Assembly: GCA_043800705.1 (NCBI GenBank) | Contig: JAZDMS010000023.1 | Coordinates: 65,584-129,583 of the forward strand | Direction: 5' to 3' | Length of the DNA stretch: 64,000 nucleotides | Origin: Candidatus Altiarchaeota archaeon | Lineage (GTDB): Archaea > Altiarchaeota > Altiarchaeia > IMC4 > SCGC-AAA252-I15 | Part shown: one piece after another, positions 9,713-19,299 of the stretch | Numbering within the stretch: position 1 is the first letter of the stretch | Layout: every line of letters starts with the position of its first letter | Notes under the pieces: model-generated | Database searches by the model: none | Told to the model about the DNA's origin: nothing | The model's input: the letters and a program-made list of their open reading frames with translations, nothing else | Program-made: the position numbers and the translations under genes

Positions 9713-10582
9713 ATGGGCGATAAGATAACACTCGACCGGGAGACGTTCAAGGCGCTGGCAGCCGATACGAGGGTCGACATGCTCAAAAGGCTCGGGGAAC
9801 ATAAGCTCACCCTCACGGACCTGGCCCAGCAGATGGGCATGAGTCCGTCGACGATAAAAGAACACCTGGAAAAGCTGGTCGAAGTCGGCCTCATCGAACA
9901 GGAAGATAAGGGGATGAAGTGGAAGTATTACCGGCTCACCGACAAGGGGAAGAACATCGTCAGCCCGTATGAGACGAAGGTGTGGATACTCCTTGGAACA
10001 TCGCTCCTGGTTCTGATGGGCAGCGCCCTCTCGCTGGCAGGCAGGCTTGCCGCGATCGCGGGTTTCCAGTACTCTTCGAAGATGGATGCGCCGGCCCCGG
10101 ATCTCCTGATGGCAGGTGCCAGGCAGGGATTGGGGGAATCCGCTGTCACGACTGCGTCCTCGGTCACGACAACCACTATCGACCTAGTCCAGTCGACGCT
10201 GAGCACCCTGGCTTCGGCCGCGGACGGCGGCGTGAGGATGTTGGCGAAAAGCGCGCCCTCCGTCAACGGGACCATAGGTGCGGCGCAGGGGGAGGGATTG
10301 AAGGCAGCCCACGACAGCCTTCTCATGTCGGCGGAGAATGCGGTAGCCGACGGGATTTCGACCACGTCCACTACACTGATGCAGGCCGCATCCACCACCC
10401 TGCAGGCGGCGTCGACGACGCTGCGGCATGTTACGGCCGCAGCGGCTGCGCAGATTTCAGAAACCGTCAAGCCGGCACCGGCGGACATGCCTTACCTGGA
10501 ATTCGCGCTCATCGGCCTGTCGCTGATAGTGGCCGGATCATGCACGGGGCATCTGATAAAAAGAAGGATACGGCTTGGATGA
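9713..10582 (+). CDS. ArsR-like winged-helix regulator with TM segments and Thr/Ala-rich region
   Basis: FKALAADTRVDML...STIKEHLEKL...GLI...YYRLT, followed by a TM helix. Confidence 0.85.
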   Translation: MGDKITLDRETFKALAADTRVDMLKRLGEHKLTLTDLAQQMGMSPSTIKEHLEKLVEVGLIEQEDKGMKWKYYRLTDKGKNIVSPYETKVWILLGTSLLVLMGSALSLAGRLAAIAGFQYSSKMDAPAPDLLMAGARQGLGESAVTTASSVTTTTIDLVQSTLSTLASAADGGVRMLAKSAPSVNGTIGAAQGEGLKAAHDSLLMSAENAVADGISTTSTTLMQAASTTLQAASTTLRHVTAAAAAQISETVKPAPADMPYLEFALIGLSLIVAGSCTGHLIKRRIRLG

Positions 10583-10586
10583 CCCC

Positions 10587-10955
10587 TCATTTGAAAGAGA
10601 TCCTGTCACCTACGGCCGTGTCTTTGATACCCCCTTTCCCAAATTCTATCACGTATTTCGCAGGTGACTTCGGCGCATACATCCTCCACGTAATCGGCCG
10701 AAGGATCCTTGACGGCGGCAGTCCCCTTCTTACGTCGACGGCCTCCATCCTGCCGTTTACCCAGACCACGTCTATGGGGTACCTCATGCCGAACATGTGA
10801 ATCATCGGCAATATCCTCGAATCCCATGCGACCTTGAGGACAACGTCCATCCTCTCCGACCCCATGAGGCCCTTCCTTCGGCCTTCGGGGGTGTCCCTCA
10901 TCTGCGCATCAGCGCTAATGACGAACCCTCTGGTCTCGTTGACTATCTCCACCAT
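10587..10955 (-). CDS. DUF192 family protein
   Basis: RRKGLMG, IHMFGMRYPIDVVW, AKYVIE, VGDRI. Confidence 0.85.
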   Translation of the reverse strand: MVEIVNETRGFVISADAQMRDTPEGRRKGLMGSERMDVVLKVAWDSRILPMIHMFGMRYPIDVVWVNGRMEAVDVRRGLPPSRILRPITWRMYAPKSPAKYVIEFGKGGIKDTAVGDRISFK

Positions 10956-10981
10956 TTAACTATGTAATCCATCTGTATTTT

Positions 10982-11647
10982 ATGCCATACGTCTGCGTCA
11001 CGATGACAGAGAAAGACGTGAAATCGACGCTCAAGGCCGCGAAGGGCCTGAGGTGCGACATAATCGAGGTCAGGTTGGACCATATGTCGGACACTAGGGA
11101 CCTGGCACCCCTTGCGAAGCTCAAACAGAAGGTGATGGTGACCTGCATGCCCCTCTGGGAGGGGGGGAAGTTCAGGGGGCCTGAGGGCGCACGGGTCAGG
11201 CTCCTCATGGATGCGATGGTCCACGCGGACTATGTCAGCATAGAATTGAAGACCTACTCCGGCCTGCGGGATGAGCTGGTTCTTGCCGCCCAAAAAGCCA
11301 AGGCGAAGGCGATAATCGCATACCACGACTTCAAGTCGACTCCGCCGTTGGAGGAGATCATAAAGGTGCTCAAGGCAGAGGCGCGGGCAGGGGCCGACAT
11401 AGCCAAGGTCGCGTACATGCCGAGGACGGCAGCCGACGTGACCGCAGTCCTCATGGCCCAGGCCTCATGCGGCCTTCGGATCCCCGTCATCGCATTGAGC
11501 ATGGGGGAAAAAGGTTCGCCGTCGCGGATAGCGGCGCCGATGCTCGGAGGATACCTGACCTTTGCGGCGCCGTCTGCGGGGAAGAAGGCGGCCGCGGGAC
11601 AGTACACCCTTGACGAGATGAATACGGTAAAGTTCCTCTTCCGATGA
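10982..11647 (+). CDS. aroD: Type I 3-dehydroquinate dehydratase
   Basis: EVRLD, EGGKF, YHDF..TP, DIAKVA, IALSMGEKG..SRI, AAAGQ. Confidence 0.9.
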   Translation: MPYVCVTMTEKDVKSTLKAAKGLRCDIIEVRLDHMSDTRDLAPLAKLKQKVMVTCMPLWEGGKFRGPEGARVRLLMDAMVHADYVSIELKTYSGLRDELVLAAQKAKAKAIIAYHDFKSTPPLEEIIKVLKAEARAGADIAKVAYMPRTAADVTAVLMAQASCGLRIPVIALSMGEKGSPSRIAAPMLGGYLTFAAPSAGKKAAAGQYTLDEMNTVKFLFR

Positions 11648-12297
11648 AAATAGTAGAGCCCGACTTCGATAGGATGAGCCGCTGCGGGATACCGGAGGTC
11701 GTATACGGCCGGGGGAAATCCAGGAAGCAGCTTCTGGAGGTCGCGGCAAGATTCATAGAACACACCGGCCGCGTCATCGTCACGAAGGTCGATCCTGTTG
11801 GGGCGCGGGCGGTCATAGAGGCGCATCCCGGCCTGGAATCCGAATACGGCGAGGAATCCGGGACGCTCGTGGTCAGGAAAAAGGGCGCCAAGGCAAAGAT
11901 GGCAGGCAAGGTCGGCATCATCACCGCAGGGACGTCTGACATACCGGTCGCCGAGGAGGCTAGGGCCATACTCGGCGAGCTCGGATGCTCGACCGTCGCA
12001 TCCTATGACATAGGCGTCGCCGGAGTACACCGGCTATTTCCGGCGCTGAAGACCATGTCCGACGCGAAGGCCCTGATTGTCGTCGCCGGGATGGAGGGTG
12101 CGCTGCCGTCGGTCGTGTCGGGCCTCGTCGACGTCCCCGTCATCGGGGTTCCGACGTCGGTCGGCTACGGCGTCGGGAAAGGCGGCCTCACGGCGTTGAA
12201 TTCGATGCTCGCATCCTGCGCGCCGGTGGCTGTCGTGAACATAGACAACGGCTATGGCGCCGCCGTGCTAGCATACCAGATCGCGAGGACAAAATGA
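11644..12297 (+). CDS. larB: Nickel-pincer cofactor biosynthesis protein LarB
   Basis: R.GIPEVVYG.GK, TAGTSDIPVAEEA, D.GVAG.HRL, AGMEGALPS, PTSVGYG, VNIDNG.GAA. Confidence 0.95.
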   Translation: MKIVEPDFDRMSRCGIPEVVYGRGKSRKQLLEVAARFIEHTGRVIVTKVDPVGARAVIEAHPGLESEYGEESGTLVVRKKGAKAKMAGKVGIITAGTSDIPVAEEARAILGELGCSTVASYDIGVAGVHRLFPALKTMSDAKALIVVAGMEGALPSVVSGLVDVPVIGVPTSVGYGVGKGGLTALNSMLASCAPVAVVNIDNGYGAAVLAYQIARTK

Positions 12298-12776
12298 AAG
12301 TTGACGATGTCATAGCGCTCCTTAAGCAGGCAAAGGTGGAGGAGGCGCTCGAAGCCATCGAAAAGGTCGATGACAGGAAGGAGATGGCGCACAAGCTGAC
12401 GGAGTTCGCTGCTGCCCTCAACTACCTAAAAGGCCTGCCGCAGCTGTCCGAGGCGCTCCTGAGGAGGTCCATCCGACTCGATACAGACAACCCCCACACA
12501 TACTTCAACCTCGGCGTGCTATACACGAACATCGACGCCCCTGACAAAGGCGGAAGGAATGCCGAACTATCTGAACGGGCTTATAAGAAGGCGTTAAGCC
12601 TCAAAAGTGACTTCCACGAGGCAAGGTACAACCTTGCGCTCATATACTATTTCACTGACAGAATCGACGACGCAAGGAGGGAATACGGGCTCATCCAGGA
12701 AGCCATCGGAGACGACCCCGGCTTCAGAGACCTAGGCATCATGCTCCTCGAAGAAGACCGTCTGGCTGCGATATGA
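12294..12776 (+). CDS. Tetratricopeptide repeat protein
   Basis: YFNLGVLY, YKKALSL..D..EARYNLA TPR patterns. Confidence 0.8.
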   Translation: MKVDDVIALLKQAKVEEALEAIEKVDDRKEMAHKLTEFAAALNYLKGLPQLSEALLRRSIRLDTDNPHTYFNLGVLYTNIDAPDKGGRNAELSERAYKKALSLKSDFHEARYNLALIYYFTDRIDDARREYGLIQEAIGDDPGFRDLGIMLLEEDRLAAI

Positions 12777-13840
12777 TATACCTCGACTGTTCCTCTGGAA
12801 TGTCAGGCGACATGTTCGCCGCGGCCCTAGCGGGCCTAGGCGCCAAAAAGGGAGAAGTCATCTCCGCGCTGAAGCCCATCGCCAGGGTCGGATATAGGCG
12901 GGTAAAGAAAAAAGGGACCGCCGCCGTCAAATTCGACGCAACATTCCAACCCGACTCCCACGACTACGTCGACCTCGTAAAATCCGTGAAACGCCTCCGG
13001 CTTAAGCCGAAGGCGCAAAGCCTCGCCTTGCGCATCCTCAGCATCCTCGCGGAGGCGGAGAGCAAGGCCCACGATATTCCCGTAAACAAGGTGCACCTTC
13101 ACGAGGCCGCAGACTGCGCGGTCGACGCCGTCGCTGCGGCAGTCTCCCTGGAAGGCCTCGGCCTGATCGATGAGCCGGTAGCTTCCTCCGTCATCTCCTG
13201 CGGCATGATAGCGCCCGCCACAAGGCTGATACTCGAAGAATACGGGATACCTGTCAGGTTCGTATCCGAAAGGGAGATCCTCACGCCGACGGGGGCCGCC
13301 ATACTCGCGTCCCTCGATTGCGAATTCGGCGAGATGGGATATACGGATCCCGGGGTCGGAGCAGGCTCGATGGAGCTTCCCTGGCCGAACATACTTCGGG
13401 TCTCGATAGTCCTACCGAAGGTCGTCTTGGAGTCGAACATCGACGACTGCACACCGGAACACATATCCCACCTGGGCTCTTCGCTCATGGATCTGGGCGC
13501 ATTGGACGTGCACGTCATCCCCTGCATGATGAAGAAGGGACGCATAGGGTTCCTCGTGAGGGTGCTGACAGACGACCCCGAAGCTCATGCCGCCACGATA
13601 ATGGCAGAGACCGGCTCACTGGGGGTCAGGGTCCACCCCCTGGAGTCGAGGTATGAGCTGCCAAGAAGGTCGGAGACCGTAAATGTAAAGCTTGGAGGCT
13701 TCGCCGAAAAGGTGCGGGTCAAATTCAGCCCCCTCGGATACAAGCCGGAATTTGACGACGTATCTGCATTAGCTAAAAAACGGGGCCTTACGTTCAGCCA
13801 GGTCCGAGAGGCCGTTTCTTCGGCTCTTTCTCGGGGCTAG
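12773..13840 (+). CDS. larC: Nickel insertion protein LarC
   Basis: YLDCSSGMSGDM, VHLHE, LTPTGAAIL, ESNIDD, MKKGR, ETGSLGVR, KPEFDD. Confidence 0.92.
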   Translation: MIYLDCSSGMSGDMFAAALAGLGAKKGEVISALKPIARVGYRRVKKKGTAAVKFDATFQPDSHDYVDLVKSVKRLRLKPKAQSLALRILSILAEAESKAHDIPVNKVHLHEAADCAVDAVAAAVSLEGLGLIDEPVASSVISCGMIAPATRLILEEYGIPVRFVSEREILTPTGAAILASLDCEFGEMGYTDPGVGAGSMELPWPNILRVSIVLPKVVLESNIDDCTPEHISHLGSSLMDLGALDVHVIPCMMKKGRIGFLVRVLTDDPEAHAATIMAETGSLGVRVHPLESRYELPRRSETVNVKLGGFAEKVRVKFSPLGYKPEFDDVSALAKKRGLTFSQVREAVSSALSRG

Positions 13841-14660
13841 GCTGCTTCGGCTTCTTCAGCTCCTCCAAGACGGCCTCCCTCCTCGCCTCTATCGGCGGCT
13901 CAACGTCGAGCCAGATGCGGAGCGCCTCGGCCCCCTGGTGCACGAGCATGCCGGTGCCGTCGACGGTCTTGCAACCCAAATGTTTGGCCTGTAGCAGGAG
14001 CCTGGTGTTTTGGGGATTGTAGACTATATCGACGACTGTGATTGCCGGATGAAGAAACTTCTTTCGGACCGGGGTCTCGTCGACTTTGGGTTCCATCCCG
14101 ACAGACGTGGCGTTAACGAGGACATCCACATCCTTCATCACAGAGGCGATATCGTCAACGGGCTCGACTCGCACGCTCAGCCTGGTCATGACGTCTTTAG
14201 AAAGTTCCAAGGCCTTCTTCGCGTCCCGGTTGTGGACGTAGACCCTCGCCTTCTCCATCGCAAGCTTGAACACGATGCTGCGGCCCGCACCCCCCGCACC
14301 CAAAACGAGGAAGGTCGCGTCGTCGACGCCCACGTCCGCTTCCTCAAGGGCCCTTATGAATCCGATTCCGTCCGTGTTGTGGCCGATGCGTCCGTCCGCG
14401 AACTCTATCGTGTTGACCGCGCCTATCACGGCTGCGTCGTTGCTGAGCTCCCTCATGTGCTTCGCGGCCGCCACCTTCAGGGGGACGGTGACGTTCAGGC
14501 CCCTGAAGTCGGCGTTCTCTATGAACAGGCCCAGCTCCCCCTCCGTAACGTCAAACAGGCTGTACGTGTATTCGAGGCCGAGCTCCCGGAACGCCGCCTC
14601 GTGCATGACCTTGCTCATGCTGTGCGCCACCGGATGCCCTATGAGCCCGAAGTCGGTCAT
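13794..14660 (-). CDS. aroE: Shikimate dehydrogenase
   Basis: G.PV.HSMS..MH, NVTVPLK, GAVNT, GHNTDG.G, GAGGAG, NATSVGM, DIVYNP, GMLVHQG. Confidence 0.95.
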   Translation of the reverse strand: MTDFGLIGHPVAHSMSKVMHEAAFRELGLEYTYSLFDVTEGELGLFIENADFRGLNVTVPLKVAAAKHMRELSNDAAVIGAVNTIEFADGRIGHNTDGIGFIRALEEADVGVDDATFLVLGAGGAGRSIVFKLAMEKARVYVHNRDAKKALELSKDVMTRLSVRVEPVDDIASVMKDVDVLVNATSVGMEPKVDETPVRKKFLHPAITVVDIVYNPQNTRLLLQAKHLGCKTVDGTGMLVHQGAEALRIWLDVEPPIEARREAVLEELKKPKQPSPEKEPKKRPLGPG

Positions 14661-14719
14661 AGATGGTATATGGATTTATGACAAATATATCCTATGCAGG
14701 CAATCCATGGTTCCAATGG

Positions 14720-14835
14720 AGTCTCCGGTTTGAAGTCCCCGGCCTGCAGTCTCCGGTCTACAGTCTTCGATCTTGAAGTCCTGCGAGAATCGAGGACCGG
14801 AGACTGAGGGCCCAAGACTGAAGATCGAGGGCCGA
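14720..14835. repeat. Inverted array of degenerate 7-nt repeats
   Basis: AGTCTCC GGTTTGA AGTCCCC GGCCTGC AGTCTCC GGTCTAC AGTCTTC..., then the complementary arm CGAGGAC CGGAGAC TGAGGGC CCAAGAC TGAAGAT. Confidence 0.75.
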
Positions 14836-14866
14836 TTAGCGGCTGCCGTAAATCGCCGGGCATTTA

Positions 14867-16273
14867 TTGTTTGCTGTCCCCATCATAACTGTGACGAGCA
14901 CGGTTAGTTCCTCCCAGGGGGATAGTGACAGGCCCAAGAGGATAGAGCCGATGCCAGACCCCATGGCTGCAAGGACTGCGGAAGGTATGGGCGCCATTTT
15001 TGAGGGGCATCCATTCCGGAACGACTTGATGTGCGTACTTGAGGGACGGACCCAGGTGGGCGCCCAGATAAACACTCTCGCACTTGACCTCCTAAAATTT
15101 CCCGAGATCCGGGAGGCTACCCCCTTCTCAGGAGAGGCTCATCTGTCGCCCCGGGTCTTCGACCGTGTTTGGGATTTTACAGAAGGAAGAGACTTCTCCT
15201 GGTTCGACCCCAAGCGGGAGGATATGCTCTTCATCCTCTCCACAGGCGCAGGCGACGCGATGAGGCGGGCTCTCATAGTCTCGGCATTCCATCAGTCGAT
15301 CGAGAAGGAAATCAAAACCACGAATCCGCTACAGGAGTCGCAGAAAAAGGCGTTGATTGATATGTTCAAGGCCTATGTGTGGGGGCCGTATTTGAGAAAC
15401 AGGGAGACAAAGGCGCATATCATGTATTCATCTAATCCAGGGCTCGTTGATTTGGCGTCTAAAATACACACGCTCAACATCCTGATGGACGGCGTAGAAC
15501 CCGCACGATTTGGCAGCCAAACGTCCTACGATATTATGCGCCAGGGGCGACATGACCCGGCGGGGGCCTTTGACGCGGTGTTGGTCGTCGACATCGCAAA
15601 CAGGGACGACGATGCCAAATCCCTCTTCGTCGGCCTCTTGGAGAGCATCCGGAACAAAGTCTGCGGGAGGTTCGAACATTTCAAAGAATTGCTGCCTGGC
15701 GTGGCTACGGCGAAATCCCCCTTCTTTACAGACATAGGCCACTCATTCAAGATAGCGACAACAATTTGGGGCATACAGGCGCATATGAATATGGGCTTGA
15801 AGCCGTTGGAGCTCAACCGCGAATGCAGTCTGCTGGTTGCGGAAAACGACCCATTGGATGCGGCCCTCTTCGCGATGATATGGCACAACAAAGTGAAGAA
15901 CCTCTCAATGTATGAAATATATGACGAATCCCCAGACTCCCCCTACGAAGAGAACGGCATCGTCGCAACCAAAAGGCGTTTCCTAGAGGTGGTAGCCGGG
16001 TATACGACCGGAAGCGGAAAACTCCCGGACCTGGTGATGCTTGACGTGGAGCTCGACGACGGCGCTGATGCAGGCCTTGAACTGGCTAGGGAGCTTAAGG
16101 CAAAGTACGGCCGCGGGATCAGAATCTGCATGATGTACTCCAGCAACCCGGAGAAGGTGAGGGAGATACAGAAACTCCATGAAGATGGCATCGTGGACCT
16201 ATTCTGGCACAAGCGGGACTTCACGCTGGAGAAGATGGTCGTAGAACTCAACAAGCTGCTCCCGAAGGAATAG
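14867..16273 (+). CDS. Unknown N-terminal region fused to a C-terminal response-regulator receiver domain (start perhaps 14950)
   Basis: LLVAEND, PDLVMLDVEL, GLELARELK, MYSS, conserved K. Confidence 0.7.
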   Translation: MFAVPIITVTSTVSSSQGDSDRPKRIEPMPDPMAARTAEGMGAIFEGHPFRNDLMCVLEGRTQVGAQINTLALDLLKFPEIREATPFSGEAHLSPRVFDRVWDFTEGRDFSWFDPKREDMLFILSTGAGDAMRRALIVSAFHQSIEKEIKTTNPLQESQKKALIDMFKAYVWGPYLRNRETKAHIMYSSNPGLVDLASKIHTLNILMDGVEPARFGSQTSYDIMRQGRHDPAGAFDAVLVVDIANRDDDAKSLFVGLLESIRNKVCGRFEHFKELLPGVATAKSPFFTDIGHSFKIATTIWGIQAHMNMGLKPLELNRECSLLVAENDPLDAALFAMIWHNKVKNLSMYEIYDESPDSPYEENGIVATKRRFLEVVAGYTTGSGKLPDLVMLDVELDDGADAGLELARELKAKYGRGIRICMMYSSNPEKVREIQKLHEDGIVDLFWHKRDFTLEKMVVELNKLLPKE

Positions 16274-16294
16274 GCAATTGCCCCCGGGGCCGCA

Positions 16295-17479
16295 TTATCC
16301 TCCTGCGACGAGTGTCGCCAGGTACATGAGGCCCACTATGTTGCCTACGGTGGCGGTTACGTTCGTGAACGCGACGACGAATAGCAGGCGTACGACCCTG
16401 TTTCTGAAGTAGTCGGCGGTGGTCTTCAGCATCATCAGGTTCTTGAAGTCGACGACCCTCGGCTTACGCATCTTCAATTCGATGAAGCCCGCTATCCAGC
16501 CTGTCGCAATGGTCGGGTGCAGGAACTTCAGGGGGGCGGACACGAACGCGGCGAGCACCGAAAACGGGTGGCCCATGGCCAAGATAGGCCCAACAGCGGA
16601 TATAGCCCCCGTTAGCACGAACCATTTCACGAGCATGTCAGCGGTCATCGTGCCGCCGTTCTGCCTGAGGCCGGCTATCAGCAGGGCTGCGAAGGCCAGG
16701 ATTATAGCCAAAGACAGGACGCTTATCCTCTTTTTCTTCTTCGGCTGGACTAGGGTCTGCCCTCCTAGCGTCATCGAGTGGCTGACCAGAACCTTCCCGT
16801 CCAGTTCGGCGAGGTTCCTCTTTATCCCTGCCATATGGCCGGCCCCGACCACGGCAACGACGGTCTTGGCGTCCGTTATATGGAGTATGTGGGCGATGTA
16901 TTCGTCGCGTTCGTCGACGAGCACCTTCTTTATGGACGGCGTCTCCACCGCAAGATCCTCCATGAGCTCGGTGAGTACGTCCTTCTCCTTGAGCCTCTCT
17001 ATGAGCTCCTTGTCTATATCCTCCCCTTGGACGAAGCCGGAGACGAACCCCCAGAAGAGTTTGGCCTTCTCCTTTAGGCTCATCATGTCCATTGCCCTCT
17101 TCAGGGTGACCTTTATGTCGCGGTCGGCGAGGATCACATTGACTTTCTCCCGCTCGGCTATCTCCACGGCCTTCAGCATCTCAGCACCAGGCTTGACCCC
17201 GACGTTTTCCCCTATCTTTCGCTGGAAATTGGCAAGCAGTATCTGCAGCAGGAACAGGTGGATGCGGTCGGACGATATCACCTCGAGTATGTCGGTCTCC
17301 TCCCAGCGCTTCTCCTCCTTCAGGGCCTGATAGCGCTGCCGGCACAGTTCGACCGCGACAGCGTCGGGCTTGTATTTCGATATCGCCTCCTCGACGGCCC
17401 TGACGCTCTCGTCCGAGACGTGGGCTGTGCCCACGATTATTATGGTCTTGTCCCTGAAAACTAGCTCCTCGGTCGGCAT
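16295..17479 (-). CDS. TraB/PrgY/GumN family protein
   Basis: VGTAHVS..S, VELC..R, PG.EM, LADR.I..T, LVDERD, VVGAGH..GI, C-terminal TM helices. Confidence 0.93.
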   Translation of the reverse strand: MPTEELVFRDKTIIIVGTAHVSDESVRAVEEAISKYKPDAVAVELCRQRYQALKEEKRWEETDILEVISSDRIHLFLLQILLANFQRKIGENVGVKPGAEMLKAVEIAEREKVNVILADRDIKVTLKRAMDMMSLKEKAKLFWGFVSGFVQGEDIDKELIERLKEKDVLTELMEDLAVETPSIKKVLVDERDEYIAHILHITDAKTVVAVVGAGHMAGIKRNLAELDGKVLVSHSMTLGGQTLVQPKKKKRISVLSLAIILAFAALLIAGLRQNGGTMTADMLVKWFVLTGAISAVGPILAMGHPFSVLAAFVSAPLKFLHPTIATGWIAGFIELKMRKPRVVDFKNLMMLKTTADYFRNRVVRLLFVVAFTNVTATVGNIVGLMYLATLVAGG

Positions 17480-17480
17480 T

Positions 17481-18137
17481 CTAGACACACTTCTTTGCGA
17501 AGCCGGACATCTGCGAGGATACGGAGGCCGACGCCTGGCCGCTCAGAATCTTGTATTCTCCGGTCTTCGGGCAGAACAGCATCGGGCACTGGCCGAATGC
17601 CGGATTCGACGGGCTGTATGTTCCGTAGAAGCATTCGAGGAATCTCATCCCAGGCTCGTCGGACCGTATGGCAAGGTTGAACGGCTGGATGTCGACGCCG
17701 GTCCGGATCGAGACCATGGATGCGTCGGACTTGAACTTCATCCCGCAGTCGGGGCTGTAGCCGTAATAGGCCTTGTCGGGATCGAATCCGGCAGTCCTCA
17801 CGCACTCGTATGTCCCGCTTCTGGGCTTGACGGTCGTAGTCACAGCCGGCTGCGTCGTGACGGTGGCCTGTGTGATCGTGGTCTCTGTGGATTCCCCGTA
17901 CGATTCGAGGGTTGTCGTAGTCTCCTCCTCTACGTCTGCCGGTTGTTCCTCGGCGTTTACCTCGTCTGCCTGAACGTCGTCATATCCTCCCCCCTCGTCT
18001 GTGTTGGAGATGTCTTCGACGCCTACATCGTCGGCTGTTGATTTCCCGCCCGTGATGTCCGAGAAGTCCTTCCCCCCGCAACATATGCAGCCGGAGAACA
18101 TGAGCACGATAGCGAGTATGGCGAGCCCTTTCATCAC
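17481..18137 (-). CDS. Predicted lipoprotein with acidic/Thr-rich stalk and Cys-containing head
   Basis: Signal peptide ending SGCICCGG, TTT-rich linker. Confidence 0.7.
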   Translation of the reverse strand: MMKGLAILAIVLMFSGCICCGGKDFSDITGGKSTADDVGVEDISNTDEGGGYDDVQADEVNAEEQPADVEEETTTTLESYGESTETTITQATVTTQPAVTTTVKPRSGTYECVRTAGFDPDKAYYGYSPDCGMKFKSDASMVSIRTGVDIQPFNLAIRSDEPGMRFLECFYGTYSPSNPAFGQCPMLFCPKTGEYKILSGQASASVSSQMSGFAKKCV

Positions 18138-19210
18138 AATTCCCTCACGATACTTACAGTGTCTTTGTCTTTAAGAATATGGCCGAGGCCGACCCGCTGG
18201 CCGTCGTGTTTCACAGACGCACCCCATACGAGGGCATACCTGAACTTGGCGAGGAAGTCCTTGTGGAGCCTGCCGCACATGTCCCTGATGGTGGAGCCCT
18301 CCTTGAGGATCATCGGCTCTCCGTAGTCGGCCTTCCCCCCCTGGGGCTTCAGGTAGACGCGTATGAACCTGAGCTTGCGGAATATCTCCTCCCTGAGCCT
18401 GTCGAGGTTGGTCTTGTTTGCAGCGGAGATGGGAAGATAATCCCTCGGCAGCCTCATGTCCCCTGCGATGTCCATCTTGTTCACCACGACGACGGACGGG
18501 ATATACACCCGGTTGCCCCGGACGGCGTCGACCAGCTCCTCGGCGGTGAGCTCCTGCCTGACGATCACGTCCGCGTTGAGTATGCCGTTTGATACTATCA
18601 GCGCCTTCATCTCCTCCTCGGTCAGCCTCGTCTGCTTGAGCGTGGAATTGATCTTGAGGCCGCCCTTGTCCCTCTTCTTGATCACCACCTCCGGCGGCTT
18701 CTTGTCGAGCCTGACGCCCACGCCCTCCAGCTCATTCTTTATCTCCACCCCGGTCGGTATCCGGTTCGGGTCCAGGACGATGAGGGCGAGCTCGGCGTTC
18801 CTGACCATGGACAGGATTTCGCGGCCACGGCCCTTCCCCCCCGCAGCACCGGTGATGAGTCCCGGTACGTCCAGGAGCTGGATGCTGACTCCCCCATAGT
18901 TCATCATCCCCGGGACGACGTCGAGGGTTGTGAACTCGTATGCGGCGACCTTGCTCGTGGCGTTGGTGAGGGCGTTGATGAGCGTGGATTTGCCGACGGA
19001 GGGCAGGCCGACGAACACAACCGTAGCATGCCCTGTCTTTTTGACACCGAATCCGAGGCCCTTACTCTTCCCTCTCTTGAGTGTGACGTCGCGCTCCTTG
19101 AGTTCGGCGATCCTGGCCTTCAGGAGTCCGATGTGCATCTCGGTGGCCTTGTTCTTCTTGGTCCGGGTTATCTCATCCTCCAGCTCCTTAATCTTCTCCT
19201 CATAGGCCAT
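18134..19210 (-). CDS. DRG/OBG family GTPase with TGS domain
   Basis: KNKATE.H.G.LKA, GLPSVGKS, YEFTT, DVPG, NKMD, C-terminal TGS. Confidence 0.95.
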   Translation of the reverse strand: MAYEEKIKELEDEITRTKKNKATEMHIGLLKARIAELKERDVTLKRGKSKGLGFGVKKTGHATVVFVGLPSVGKSTLINALTNATSKVAAYEFTTLDVVPGMMNYGGVSIQLLDVPGLITGAAGGKGRGREILSMVRNAELALIVLDPNRIPTGVEIKNELEGVGVRLDKKPPEVVIKKRDKGGLKINSTLKQTRLTEEEMKALIVSNGILNADVIVRQELTAEELVDAVRGNRVYIPSVVVVNKMDIAGDMRLPRDYLPISAANKTNLDRLREEIFRKLRFIRVYLKPQGGKADYGEPMILKEGSTIRDMCGRLHKDFLAKFRYALVWGASVKHDGQRVGLGHILKDKDTVSIVREL

Positions 19211-19299
19211 GTAAACAACTAGAATAAGGAGAAACGGCTAAAAAACGGGAAGATATGGGAATACCATCCTTTAGGTTAAAAGGTGCCGACGTCTTATAA

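Noticed and set aside
14720-14835. CRISPR array or DGR template
   Set aside because: No repeat-spacer structure, cas genes or reverse transcriptase anywhere in the window; the duplicated gene ends do not show adenine-specific differences.
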